In this document: piece after piece, positions 1-9,135 of the stretch
Layout of the letters: every line of letters starts with the position of its first letter
How positions within the stretch are numbered: position 1 is the stretch's first letter
Source of the DNA: Candidatus Jordarchaeales archaeon
Lineage (GTDB): Archaea; Asgardarchaeota; Jordiarchaeia; Jordiarchaeales; Freyrarchaeaceae
Assembly: GCA_038858525.1 (NCBI GenBank)
Contig: JAWCFL010000036.1
Location: 1 to 16,784 of the forward strand
DNA: 16,784 bases
Reading direction: 5' to 3'
Made by a program: the position numbers and the translations under genes
Notes under the pieces: generated by a model
Seen by the model: only the letters and a program-made list of their open reading frames with translations
Databases searched by the model: none
What the model was told of the DNA's origin: nothing

Positions 1-981
1 GCCTAGCTCCAAGGACGAGGTGGAGATGACGCCTTTTAGTTTTCCAACTTTAAACTCGTATTCAGTTGCTTCTCTAACTTCCTTAGATAATGAGCCATGG
101 TGAACGCGAACATCAATCTCCTTTTTGGAGAGCATCATGCCTAATCCGAGGGATTCAGCGGTCTCTCTGGTGTTCACAAATACTATGCTCGCTTTATGTT
201 CGCCTATTAGTTCAGCTATTTGTTTTACACGGTTAAATAAACTTTCAAGCTTTTTTTCAGGTGCTTCATCTTTGGGTAAGGTGATCAACTTAACTGTTAC
301 ATTCATGTTCTTATGAGCGTTTAGCGAGATCAGTGTAACATGTCTCCCTACACCCCCAAGGAAACTCGCTATCGTCTCTGGACTACCAATAGTTGCTGAA
401 AGGCCAATCCTCTGAAACTCTTTGCCGGTTAGGACGGATAGTCTTTCCAGTGCCAGCGCCAGTTGGGCGCCTCGTTTAGATGACGCTAGCTCGTGTATTT
501 CGTCAACCACCACGAACCTCACAGATTCCAAGTTTGGCCTCATCTTTGGCGCTGGTAAAATTGCTTGAAGCGTCTCAGGAGTCGTTATCAGAATGTCGGG
601 AGGAGACGCCAGCTGTTTCCTTCTTTCATAACTGCTAGTATCTCCATGCCTTATAGATACGTTGATGCCAAGGGATCTCGCGAGCCTCTGCATCCGCCGA
701 AAAAGGTCTCTGTTAAGCGCGCGGAGAGGAGTAATGTAAATTGCTTGAACACCTTTCTTCGGGTTGACTCCAGATTTTTCCTTTTCCTCAAGTATAAGAT
801 GGAAGAGTGGGAAGAAGACGGCTTCCGTCTTTCCCCATCCTGTTGGAGCGATAAGTAGAACACTGTCTCCTCTAAGTATTAGGGGGATGGCCTTTTCTTG
901 GGGGGGTGTCGGCCTGACGTATCCCTCTCTTCGTATAATTTCGCGAAGTTTAGGATTTAGTAGGTTGAAGACGTTATCCAT
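1..981 (-). CDS. lhr: Lhr-family SF2 (DEAH-box) helicase, N-terminal part; runs off the left edge of the window
   Basis: Not in the ORF track; translated by hand from ATG at 981 (MDNVFNLLNPKLREIIRREGYVRPTPPQEKAIPLIL...). The frame is open to base 1. Motifs: Q-motif PTPPQ, Walker A APTGWGKT, Ia YITPLRALNRD, RHGDT, ITTPETL, Walker B VVVDEIHEL, KRG, III GLSATIG, IV VFVNTR, HHGSLS, V STSSLELG. Confidence 0.95.
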   Translation of the reverse strand, partial: MDNVFNLLNPKLREIIRREGYVRPTPPQEKAIPLILRGDSVLLIAPTGWGKTEAVFFPLFHLILEEKEKSGVNPKKGVQAIYITPLRALNRDLFRRMQRLARSLGINVSIRHGDTSSYERRKQLASPPDILITTPETLQAILPAPKMRPNLESVRFVVVDEIHELASSKRGAQLALALERLSVLTGKEFQRIGLSATIGSPETIASFLGGVGRHVTLISLNAHKNMNVTVKLITLPKDEAPEKKLESLFNRVKQIAELIGEHKASIVFVNTRETAESLGLGMMLSKKEIDVRVHHGSLSKEVREATEYEFKVGKLKGVISTSSLELG

Positions 982-1801
982 GCGGAAACCCTTCAAAACA
1001 TCTTCTTAGTTCACCTAGCTTTCCGAGATATGTGGCATCCGGGAGGGTTAGTGATATGTCATTGGTGTTTATTAATTTGCTTGACAAAAGTGGTCCTAGA
1101 AGTTCAGTGTCGGTATTTATGGGGGTTCCTCCCAGTAGAGGATTGAATGCAGGCATAACCAGTATATTGATTAGACCATTAGGGGGGAAGCTCGTTTTCT
1201 CAAGCTGTGATGTGACTTTTATCCTGTCTAATTGTATCTCCATCCAGACGGGCTTTAGCCATCTAGCACCGGAAACGTCTCTAAACTCTACGACAGGGTG
1301 ATTGTGCCCCATCACTATTTGTTCCGCCTGAAGCAATTCTGGTTTAGGCCAAGCGTGACCATGAATTAAGGCGGTATTGCATTCTTGGAGGAGAACACCC
1401 CTTGAACTGTGTAAAACTACGTTTTCAGGAAGAAATTTTTCAATATTAAAGTCATGGTTCCCTCTAATTATCTCAACATCAACAAAAGAGGAAACTTCAG
1501 TTAAGAAAAGTTCGCACTCCCGAAGTTCACGTCTAAACGAAGCAACCCCGTGCTTGACATCTCCAAGTATAATCAACTTTTTTGCATTAACTTTTCTAGT
1601 GAGGTTGTAAAGTTTTTCGACAAGCTTTCCAGTCTGAGAGGGAATACGGAAGCCCGCTTGCCCAAGGGCGATTTCGTAGCCAATGTGCACGTCTGCCACG
1701 CATAAAACGTTCGAGTTCTTAGAACTAAAAATCAGGGCAGGTTCATTAATCATTGGTTTTAAGGTCGCAGAGGGCACATTTTCCACCTTTATGTTCATCA
1801 A
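974..1801 (-). CDS. Calcineurin-like metallophosphoesterase (COG1407 type, the usual Lhr neighbour)
   Basis: Motifs ADVHIG, LGDVKH, GNHD, HGH and MGHNHP. Its stop overlaps the lhr start codon region (974-981), indicating coupling. Confidence 0.9.
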   Translation of the reverse strand: MMNIKVENVPSATLKPMINEPALIFSSKNSNVLCVADVHIGYEIALGQAGFRIPSQTGKLVEKLYNLTRKVNAKKLIILGDVKHGVASFRRELRECELFLTEVSSFVDVEIIRGNHDFNIEKFLPENVVLHSSRGVLLQECNTALIHGHAWPKPELLQAEQIVMGHNHPVVEFRDVSGARWLKPVWMEIQLDRIKVTSQLEKTSFPPNGLINILVMPAFNPLLGGTPINTDTELLGPLLSSKLINTNDISLTLPDATYLGKLGELRRCFEGFPHG

Positions 1802-1882
1802 CTAGCAAATCATACGGAAAAGCGGAGGAATTTATATTTTTGTCACGAAACACCTTTAAAAAGTGTAGATAGAACTAAGACT
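1802..1882. promoter_or_regulatory. Divergent promoter region with TATA-like elements
   Basis: 81-bp gap between divergent genes containing TTTATAT (about 1832) and CTTTAAAA (about 1854). Confidence 0.45.
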
Positions 1883-2365
1883 GTGGAATTTATGACTCAG
1901 AGAGAAGAAAGAAAAGTTCTTGGGAAAGATAAAAATGGGGAAGGCGGTTACTTGGAGGCGCTGGAAAAGATCAGGCGGAATGGGTCTATTTCGGGAAGGG
2001 AACTAGAGGAGTTGGCGGGGAAACTCGGTGAGAGGTTTTGGAAGGCGCTTAGAACAGTTACTGAGAGAAGGGTTAAAAAATATGTTTTTACGCCCAGCAA
2101 AAGAGTTCTTTGGGTCGTAATCGGAAAGAGGCGGGATTACCTAGTAATTTCAAATTTCTACTGCAGCTGCGATGACTTTTACTTGAACGTTGTTGTACGC
2201 AGAAATGCATTTATGTGTTATCATTTACTAGCTAAACAGTTGGCGGAGGCTCTTGCAACATACGACACATATGTTGTCTCAGACGAAGAGTATGAGCCAC
2301 TAATAAGAGAGTGGAAGGAAATAGAGAGAGAGCGGCAAAGTGAGGTGTTAGAGTTTGATAGTTGA
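1883..2365 (+). CDS. SWIM-type zinc-finger protein (COG5431-like)
   Basis: YCSCDDFY...CYHLLA matches the CxCx(n)CxH SWIM signature; the upstream 'YLVISNF' beta-strand pattern also fits. Confidence 0.8.
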   Translation: MEFMTQREERKVLGKDKNGEGGYLEALEKIRRNGSISGRELEELAGKLGERFWKALRTVTERRVKKYVFTPSKRVLWVVIGKRRDYLVISNFYCSCDDFYLNVVVRRNAFMCYHLLAKQLAEALATYDTYVVSDEEYEPLIREWKEIERERQSEVLEFDS

Positions 2366-2471
2366 ATTCCCCTTTATTCAGAATTTAACGCTACTTATTG
2401 GAGCGTTAATTATCCTCTTCATATTAATTTACGTGGTAGTTAGCGGAAAAGAGCAGAGGAGCGAAGAATAA
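2355..2471 (+). CDS. Small single-pass membrane protein, 38 aa (MIVEFPFIQNLTLLIGALIILFILIYVVVSGKEQRSEE)
   Basis: Below the ORF-track cutoff. TTG start with GAGGTG SD at 2342-2347, one long hydrophobic run and a charged tail. It overlaps the SWIM stop, and its TAA overlaps the next ATG (TAATG at 2469-2473). Confidence 0.65.
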   Translation: MIVEFPFIQNLTLLIGALIILFILIYVVVSGKEQRSEE

Positions 2472-2716
2472 TGGAGGGGGCGGAGTGGATTAAAACCGTG
2501 ATCCTCGAAGCCTTCAGAAACGCTGCCCCCCACTTGTGCGAGCCTTCAAAAATTAGAGAATTGATTGAAGATATTGTTAGGCAAGCTACATCGATGAGTG
2601 GCGTAATAAGTAGATTGCAAGAAGAGGTGACGAAACGTAACGCTGCAACAGAAAGAACTGATCTGAAAATCTTTCTTTTGTTTCTCGAAAGGGAGTTTAG
2701 GAAAAGGGAAACATAA
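2471..2716 (+). CDS. Hypothetical helical protein, 81 aa
   Basis: ATG start coupled to the upstream stop, GAGGAG-like SD upstream, amphipathic helical composition. No family recognised. Confidence 0.7.
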   Translation: MEGAEWIKTVILEAFRNAAPHLCEPSKIRELIEDIVRQATSMSGVISRLQEEVTKRNAATERTDLKIFLLFLEREFRKRET

Positions 2717-2781
2717 AAAGAATGTGAATTAGTGAAAAAACATAAAAAAAGAAGTATCGATAAATAGGTTATTAGGCATCT

Positions 2782-3819
2782 TTGGAGAGTATGTTAGGGA
2801 AGGGAGCCTCTTTGAGCCAAAGGCAAACACGAAAGCTCGTGAAATGGGGGAGTAGTAACACACTAGTTATGAGCTTACCTAGAGAGTGGACGAAGAAGAA
2901 CAAGCTTACTTCAAATGACGAAGTACAAGTTGTGGAGAACCCCGATGGAACTCTACTAGTTATACCCTCCCCTGAGGCGGCCCCCGAACAAGCTTCGACG
3001 GCAACTGTAGACATCCAGAAGTATCCTAACTTTGAACATTTAAAATACGTGATCGAGACTAAATACCTTAGCGGCTTTGATATTATTAATATCATCTCCA
3101 AGCAACCGTTCACTAGCGAGAAATACGGTTACATATCAGAGGTTGCACATCAGCTTTTAGGTTTTGAGATAACAAGCAAGACGCCAAACCAAGTTACACT
3201 GCAAGACGTTATGTCCATCCAGCAGACGAACATAATACTTTTAATACGTGTTCTTAGCAGAAACGTGCTTGAACTCATGGAGGAGCTAATTAACGCACTT
3301 CGAAAGAAGGATCTGAGAGTTATAGACGCGATACTTCAAGCGAGAAATAACATAAATAGATATTACCTTAGAATAGTGCGGCAACTCAGAAAGGGACTTC
3401 AGCAGTCGTTTCTGCTCGTCCAAATGGGAGTCACAGTACAGGACACGATAGACATGGTGACATATGTAACAGCCCTTAACGATGTAGCCGGAAACATAGA
3501 GGCGATGTGCAGGGCAATGCAAAGGTATCCTCACTCAGAGGAGGGACAACTAAAGGAAGTTGCGGAGACCCTTCAAAGAATATATGAGCTGCTACAACAA
3601 GCTACACGCTCCTTTCTTTTCAAAAAGGAACAAGACGCCATCGAAGTTCTAACAGTAATACCAAAAATAATAGGAGATAAAAGGGAGCTCGAAGTTAAGC
3701 TAAATAAGCAGATACCTACTCCAGAAGGGTTGCTACTTCAAATAGTCCTTGATGCAGGAGAAAAAATCGTAGAGGCGATGAGAAATATAGCTCAAGCTGC
3801 GCTCAGAAGGGCACTTTAA
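2782..3819 (+). CDS. phoU: Archaeal PhoU-family regulator with an N-terminal AbrB/SpoVT-like DNA-binding domain (COG0704)
   Basis: N-terminal RKLVKWGSSNTLVMSLPREW...GTLLVIP AbrB signature, followed by KYLSGFDII, EIT and two helical PhoU repeats. The start may be ATG 2791. Confidence 0.85.
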   Translation: MESMLGKGASLSQRQTRKLVKWGSSNTLVMSLPREWTKKNKLTSNDEVQVVENPDGTLLVIPSPEAAPEQASTATVDIQKYPNFEHLKYVIETKYLSGFDIINIISKQPFTSEKYGYISEVAHQLLGFEITSKTPNQVTLQDVMSIQQTNIILLIRVLSRNVLELMEELINALRKKDLRVIDAILQARNNINRYYLRIVRQLRKGLQQSFLLVQMGVTVQDTIDMVTYVTALNDVAGNIEAMCRAMQRYPHSEEGQLKEVAETLQRIYELLQQATRSFLFKKEQDAIEVLTVIPKIIGDKRELEVKLNKQIPTPEGLLLQIVLDAGEKIVEAMRNIAQAALRRAL

Positions 3820-4053
3820 AAAGGAGTATTCTACCGATCTTTGCAACTTAATGAACTGATTTTTAGAAGCTTAAGGGGAAGCTGGCAATTTCATAATTAG
3901 TTAACGTTCATATTTCTCCAATTGTTGAGACAGGAGCATAAGTAATAATTTGAAGATAAAGCAGAAGGGCTGAGTTTGAGGGAAGATCGACAAAAAACAT
4001 AAATACGAACTCATTAGTTGTTCTTTCGGCAGGCGTTTCAGGAGGCGGAAAGG

Positions 4054-5754
4054 GTGCCAAACGCTTACGTTCTTAAAGGTGGATACGTTTATGACCCTTT
4101 AAATGGAATTGATGGAGAAAAAATGGATGTTGCTATTGCTGACGGGAAGATAGTTGATACGGCTCCTAAAGGAGCAAAAGTGATTGATGTTTCAGGTAAA
4201 GTCGTAATGCCCGGTGGAGTCTGTATCCATTCACATATAGCTGGAGGAAAAGTTAATTCAGGTAGAAGACTCCGGCCAGAAGACCATAGAAAAGATGTTG
4301 TTCCAAAGAGGGGGCAATTAAGGTCGGGAGTTGGGTATACAGTTCCATCAACATTCATAACGGGGTATAGGTTCGCGGCTATGGGTTATACTACTGTTTT
4401 TGAGCCCGCTGTCCCGCCTCTCAAAGCACGTCATACACATGAAGAATTCCAAGACACGCCTATCTTAGATAATGGAGGCTTCGTCTTAACGGGAAACAAT
4501 TGGTTTGTCTTGAATTACATTAGAAACAATGAGATGGACAAGTTAGCGGCGTACATAGCATGGCTTCTCTGGGCAACTAAATGTTATGCCGTTAAGATTG
4601 TTAACCCAGGAGGAGTCGAATCCTGGGGGTGGGGAAAGAACGTTAATGGTTTAGATGATAAGGTTCCCTACTTCGATGTAAGCCCTCGCGAGATAGTAAC
4701 TGCACTAGCGCAAGTTAATGAGAAACTCGGTTTACCTCACACCATTCATGTTCATGGAAATAATTTGGGTCATCCAGGAAACTACGAAATTACTCTTGAA
4801 ACTATGGAGGCGGTGAGAGAGGTCAAACCAGCTAAGGGTAGACGTAACGTGATTCACTTCACGCACGTACAATTCAACGCTTATGCTGGCACGAGCTGGA
4901 AGGACTTTGCGTCAGGAGGCAAAGAAATAGCGGAATACATTAACAAGCATGACCACGTAACGGTCGACATAGGGCAGGTTATTTTTGGAGACGCTACAAC
5001 CATGACGGCTGATGGACCATGGGAATTCACGCTTCATCAAATCACAGGGGGAAACAAGTGGGTGAATAGCGACGTCGAGTTAGAAACTGGGTCAGGAATT
5101 GTTCCCTATGTTTTCAGACGCACCATCCCTGTCAACGCAGTTCAATGGGCGATAGGACTAGAAATAATGCTGTCAGTTAATGACTTATATAAGGTCTGTT
5201 TGACGACTGACCACCCGAATGGGGGACCATTCTACTTCTACCCAAAAATTATTTCGTGGTTGGTTAGTCGTAAAGCTAGGAACGAAATGCTGGAAAAGAC
5301 GCATAAGGCAGCTGCTGAGAGGACAACTCTAAAGGATTTAGACAGAGAGTTCAGCCTCTATGATGTGGCGATAGTTACTAGGGCAACTCAAGCCAAAATT
5401 TTGGGCCTTAAGAATAGAGGACATCTTGGACCAGGTGCAAAAGGTGATGTGGCAGTCTACGACCTTGACCCAACGAAGGTTGACATTTCCTCCAACCCTG
5501 ACTTGGTGGAAAAGGCATTCAGCGCGGCACTATACACATTCAAAGATGGCGAAATCGTTGTAAAGGACGGCGAGGTTATTGCGGCGCCACAGGGAAGCAC
5601 AATATGGGTCAAAGTGAAGAGCCTTGAAGAGATGATGCCTTTAATCGAGGAAGACCTAAAAGAAATGTGGAAACACTATACTGTTTCACTGAGCAATTAT
5701 CCTGTTCAGATGGAATATTTGCCGAAGTCGGAAATGATAGAAGTAGGAGCGTAA
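4054..5754 (+). CDS. fwdA: Formylmethanofuran dehydrogenase subunit A (amidohydrolase)
   Basis: Motifs GYVYDPLNG, HSHIAGGKVN, GYTTVFEPA, KIVNPGG, HVHGNNLG, HFTHVQF, DVGQV-like DIGQV, TTDHPNGGPF and TRATQAKILGL. Start moved to GTG 4054 (GGAGG SD upstream); the ORF track gives TTG 4018. Confidence 0.96.
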   Translation: MPNAYVLKGGYVYDPLNGIDGEKMDVAIADGKIVDTAPKGAKVIDVSGKVVMPGGVCIHSHIAGGKVNSGRRLRPEDHRKDVVPKRGQLRSGVGYTVPSTFITGYRFAAMGYTTVFEPAVPPLKARHTHEEFQDTPILDNGGFVLTGNNWFVLNYIRNNEMDKLAAYIAWLLWATKCYAVKIVNPGGVESWGWGKNVNGLDDKVPYFDVSPREIVTALAQVNEKLGLPHTIHVHGNNLGHPGNYEITLETMEAVREVKPAKGRRNVIHFTHVQFNAYAGTSWKDFASGGKEIAEYINKHDHVTVDIGQVIFGDATTMTADGPWEFTLHQITGGNKWVNSDVELETGSGIVPYVFRRTIPVNAVQWAIGLEIMLSVNDLYKVCLTTDHPNGGPFYFYPKIISWLVSRKARNEMLEKTHKAAAERTTLKDLDREFSLYDVAIVTRATQAKILGLKNRGHLGPGAKGDVAVYDLDPTKVDISSNPDLVEKAFSAALYTFKDGEIVVKDGEVIAAPQGSTIWVKVKSLEEMMPLIEEDLKEMWKHYTVSLSNYPVQMEYLPKSEMIEVGA

Positions 5755-5765
5755 GGGTGGTGGCA

Positions 5766-6593
5766 ATGAGTAGGATAGAGATTACGCCCCTTGAGAAGCC
5801 ACGGGTTCCCGTCGAGGCAGAGGTAATATCACCCGATGTTTTTGCGGGGAAAAGCTTAGAGGAAATAGGTAATCTAGAAGTGTGGCGAGGAAACAGAAAG
5901 AAAAAGCTTAAGGAATTATTTAAAATTTCAGGCGATGTAGGAGGAAAACCAAGCGAAGTCACCATAATTATAAACGGGGACGCGAGTTTCGCTAAACGCA
6001 TAGGACAGAACATGACAGCAGGAGAGATAGTGATTAAGGGGAACGTCGGAATGCATGTTGGTGCAGGAATGATGGGAGGAAAAATAGTCGTTGAGGGAAA
6101 CGCAGATCATTGGGCAGGAGCAGAAATGAAGGCGGGTGTTCTCCACATTAAGGGTAACGCAGGAAATTACCTTGGTGGGAACTATAGAGGAGGCGTGGGG
6201 ATGAGTGAGCTCCAAAAGGGGGTATATGGAACAATAATAGTTGAGGGTAATGCTGGAAACGAGGTAGGTGCGTGGATGTCTGGAGGCAAAATAATTGTTA
6301 AGGGGGACGTGGGGGCCTTTGCTGGCGTTCACATGAGCGGGGGAAGTATAGTAGTTCATGGGAATGTTGCTGAGAGAGCTGGAGGCGAAATGAAGGGAGG
6401 AAGTATAATAGCGATGGGGCGCCTTTCAGAGTTACTTCCAAGCTTTGAGTATAAGGGAGAAGCAGGAGAAGTTGAGGTATATGGAGAAAAAATACCTGGG
6501 CCATTCTTAACGTTTACGGGAGACTTGGCAGAGAACGGAAAAGGGATGATTTATCTCCTTAAAGAAAAGAACACTCATATTCGCACTTTTTAA
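5766..6593 (+). CDS. fwdC: Formylmethanofuran dehydrogenase subunit C
   Basis: VPVEAEVISPD N-terminus and repeated GxxMxGGxIxVxGN beta-helix units. Start set at ATG 5766, 11 nt after the fwdA stop. Confidence 0.95.
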   Translation: MSRIEITPLEKPRVPVEAEVISPDVFAGKSLEEIGNLEVWRGNRKKKLKELFKISGDVGGKPSEVTIIINGDASFAKRIGQNMTAGEIVIKGNVGMHVGAGMMGGKIVVEGNADHWAGAEMKAGVLHIKGNAGNYLGGNYRGGVGMSELQKGVYGTIIVEGNAGNEVGAWMSGGKIIVKGDVGAFAGVHMSGGSIVVHGNVAERAGGEMKGGSIIAMGRLSELLPSFEYKGEAGEVEVYGEKIPGPFLTFTGDLAENGKGMIYLLKEKNTHIRTF

Positions 6594-6630
6594 TTAATTC
6601 AATCATAAATGGAGAAATGGGAGGGTAAAT

Positions 6631-7590
6631 TTGGTTAGTGTGAATCTGCTGGCTCAGGAAATAGTTGAAGATATGATAGACTATTCTGAAGAGTTACAGG
6701 TTGAAGTTATTCAGATGGAAAACGGCGCTTGTATGATCGACGCAGGAGTAAATGCTGAGGGCTCAATTTTAGCAGGGGAGTACGTGACGGAAATATGCCT
6801 CGGGGGATTAGGGTCAGCTAATGTAGCCTCAGCTCAGTATGGGGACTTAACTCTTCCGGTAATACACGTCTCCACGAATTACCCTGCTATCTCAACATTG
6901 GGAGCACAATTTGCGGGATGGAGGATCACGGATGAAAACGGAAAATATGTTGGCATGGGCTCTGGTCCAGCTAGAGCCTTAGCACTTAAACCCAAAAAGC
7001 TTTACGAAAAAATAGACTATAAAGACGAGGCAGAAGTTGCTGTCCTATTCCTTGAATCAAACAAATTGCCTAAAGACAACGTGGCGAAAATTGTAGCGGA
7101 TGCGTGCGGCGTTGATCCATCAAACGTATACATTATAGTAGCGCCTACTAACAGCATAGTTGGAGCAATTCAAATATCTGGAAGAATTGTTGAAACCGGA
7201 ATTCACAAAATTTCAGAGGTAGGGCTTGACCCCAAGAAAATCAAGTATGCAAATGGTGTTGCCCCGATCGCGCCTATTCATCCTGACCCGACTATTGCTA
7301 TGGGGCGAACAAACGACATGATAATCTTTGCAGGCCACGTAAATTTATTCGTCGAGGTTGACAGTGACGACGAGTTGAAAAGCTACGTGGAAAAGACGCC
7401 GTCCAGTACATCTAAAAGCTATGGGAAACCCTTTTATGAGACGTTTAAGGAGGCGAACTTCGATTTTTACCAAATTGACGCAGGGATCTTCGCTCCAGCC
7501 AGCATATTTGTGAATAACATAAAGACAGGCAACTCGTTCCGCGCCGGGCAGATAAACATTAACCTCCTTAAGAAAACGATGGGCATTTAA
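6631..7590 (+). CDS. mch: Methenyltetrahydromethanopterin cyclohydrolase
   Basis: MVSVN start, IDAGV, ICLGGLG, LGAQFAGW, GSGPARALA, APTNSIVGAIQISGRIVETG, MGRTND, SSTSKSYGKPF and DAGIFAPA. Confidence 0.96.
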   Translation: MVSVNLLAQEIVEDMIDYSEELQVEVIQMENGACMIDAGVNAEGSILAGEYVTEICLGGLGSANVASAQYGDLTLPVIHVSTNYPAISTLGAQFAGWRITDENGKYVGMGSGPARALALKPKKLYEKIDYKDEAEVAVLFLESNKLPKDNVAKIVADACGVDPSNVYIIVAPTNSIVGAIQISGRIVETGIHKISEVGLDPKKIKYANGVAPIAPIHPDPTIAMGRTNDMIIFAGHVNLFVEVDSDDELKSYVEKTPSSTSKSYGKPFYETFKEANFDFYQIDAGIFAPASIFVNNIKTGNSFRAGQININLLKKTMGI

Positions 7591-7723
7591 ATGTTATAAT
7601 TTAACTCACTACTTTTTATTTAAAGCGGGAATCGCTTATTTTCGAAGACAATCATGAAAGAAAAATTTATGACGCCACTAGAGAACAGTTCTTATTAAGT
7701 AGAGGAAGAGGAGTGGCTTTTTA

Positions 7724-9013
7724 ATGTTTGATGTTTTAGTTGTAGGTGGAGGGGTTGCTGGCCTCTCGGTCGGGGCCCTCCTGTCTAGGAGGGGAGTTAA
7801 GACGCTTGTTGCTGAGAGGGCAACTATTCTTGGTGGGCGAGGTAAATGCTTTGAATATAAGAAGGGGTATATCGTGGATTATGGTATTCATGCGCTTAGA
7901 ATGGCTGATAATGGGGCGGCAGCCAGTATTTTTAGAATGTTAGGAGAGAATTTGGAAATAGTTGAGCCAAAGGAGTCTAGTCTTTACCATGAAGGAGAGT
8001 GGAGCGAGCTTCCACTCAACCTTAACGCTATAATGTCAAGCCCTCTTTTTAGTAAGGAAGAGATTAATGAATTGTTGGGCGGGTTAGGAGGGGTTTTGAG
8101 TGCTCAACCCAGTAAGTATTGGGATATACCTTTGAGTAGATGGGTGGAGGAGAATTTTAAGAGTGAGAGATTACGGTGGTTTGTTAAGGAGATTTTAGCG
8201 AAGCTTCTACTAATATCTGCTGATGCCGGTGAAACTTCGACGGGTGAGCTTTTCGACATTATACAAGCATTCGTTAAATCAGGTAAAGGTGCCGGATTTG
8301 CTGTTGGAGGATGGAGGAGCATAATTGAAAGGCTATCCGAAATTGTAGAGGAGAATGGTCAAGTACGTGTCAAAGCTAAGGTTGAAAGAATTTTGGTGAA
8401 AGACGGAAGGGTTGAGGGAGTAGTTGTTAATGGTGAAAAAATAAAGGTTGATACTGTCGTCGCTGCTGTGCCGGTGCAGGGATTGTTCAAGCTGGTTGAG
8501 GAAAAGTGGTTTTCAGAGGAATTTATCAGAAAGGCGAAGGGCATGAAGCCGACTATGGGAATTTCGATAGATTATGGTTTAGCGACGAAAGCTTGTGAGT
8601 ATGACACGTTTATGTGCTCGGATCCATGGATTTATGGAGCTGCCACTTCGAACATGGACGCTAGTGTGGCTCCTCAGGGAGAACAACTTCTAACTGTTTT
8701 TTCCGTTTTAACGCCCAGTATTGTTTTGAATAAAGAACGTGCGAAAATGGAGCTTGAAAGAATCGAAAAGAAACTTGAAGAAATGTTTCCGGGAATTAAA
8801 GGAAACGTAAAGTGGAAGAGGACACTGATACTCGGCATGGTGGATGGAGCAGCCCTTACAGTAACGCAGTCACGGGACAAAAGACCTGGTCCTGAGACAG
8901 ACGTTAAGGGACTTTACCTTGCAGGAGACACGTGTAATGGACGCGGAGCAGGGGGGGATATCGCCTTCAACTCTTCCTCAAATTGTGTAGATGCTGTTCT
9001 CCGAACAATGTAG
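7724..9013 (+). CDS. FAD-dependent oxidoreductase, phytoene desaturase/COG1233-like; substrate unknown
   Basis: Dinucleotide-binding VVGGGVAGL, E..LGGR, DYGIH and C-terminal GLYLAGD. Confidence 0.85.
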   Translation: MFDVLVVGGGVAGLSVGALLSRRGVKTLVAERATILGGRGKCFEYKKGYIVDYGIHALRMADNGAAASIFRMLGENLEIVEPKESSLYHEGEWSELPLNLNAIMSSPLFSKEEINELLGGLGGVLSAQPSKYWDIPLSRWVEENFKSERLRWFVKEILAKLLLISADAGETSTGELFDIIQAFVKSGKGAGFAVGGWRSIIERLSEIVEENGQVRVKAKVERILVKDGRVEGVVVNGEKIKVDTVVAAVPVQGLFKLVEEKWFSEEFIRKAKGMKPTMGISIDYGLATKACEYDTFMCSDPWIYGAATSNMDASVAPQGEQLLTVFSVLTPSIVLNKERAKMELERIEKKLEEMFPGIKGNVKWKRTLILGMVDGAALTVTQSRDKRPGPETDVKGLYLAGDTCNGRGAGGDIAFNSSSNCVDAVLRTM

Positions 9014-9135
9014 CGTTTCTACTTGAAACACAGTTCCCTAAGGAAAAAAGTAGGTTTTAAAGGAAGAGTATTTTCGTTTTATCAAAAATAAGTAATTTCG
9101 GAGAAAGAAAGGGTCTTCAGTTGAGAGGGGTAGGT

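Noticed and set aside
125-1610. + strand ORFs 125-316, 565-858, 764-1009, 1032-1301, 1377-1610 and - strand ORF 651-863
   Set aside because: Antisense or off-frame shadows of lhr and the phosphoesterase.
3940-3980. Possible C/D box sRNA (TGAAGA...CTGA) upstream of fwdA
   Set aside because: Only one degenerate C/D pair, with no second box pair, terminal stem or recognisable antisense element.
5980-6420. Recurring GGAGG/GGAAA-rich repeats
   Set aside because: They encode the FwdC glycine-rich beta-helix repeats and are not a DNA repeat element or CRISPR array.
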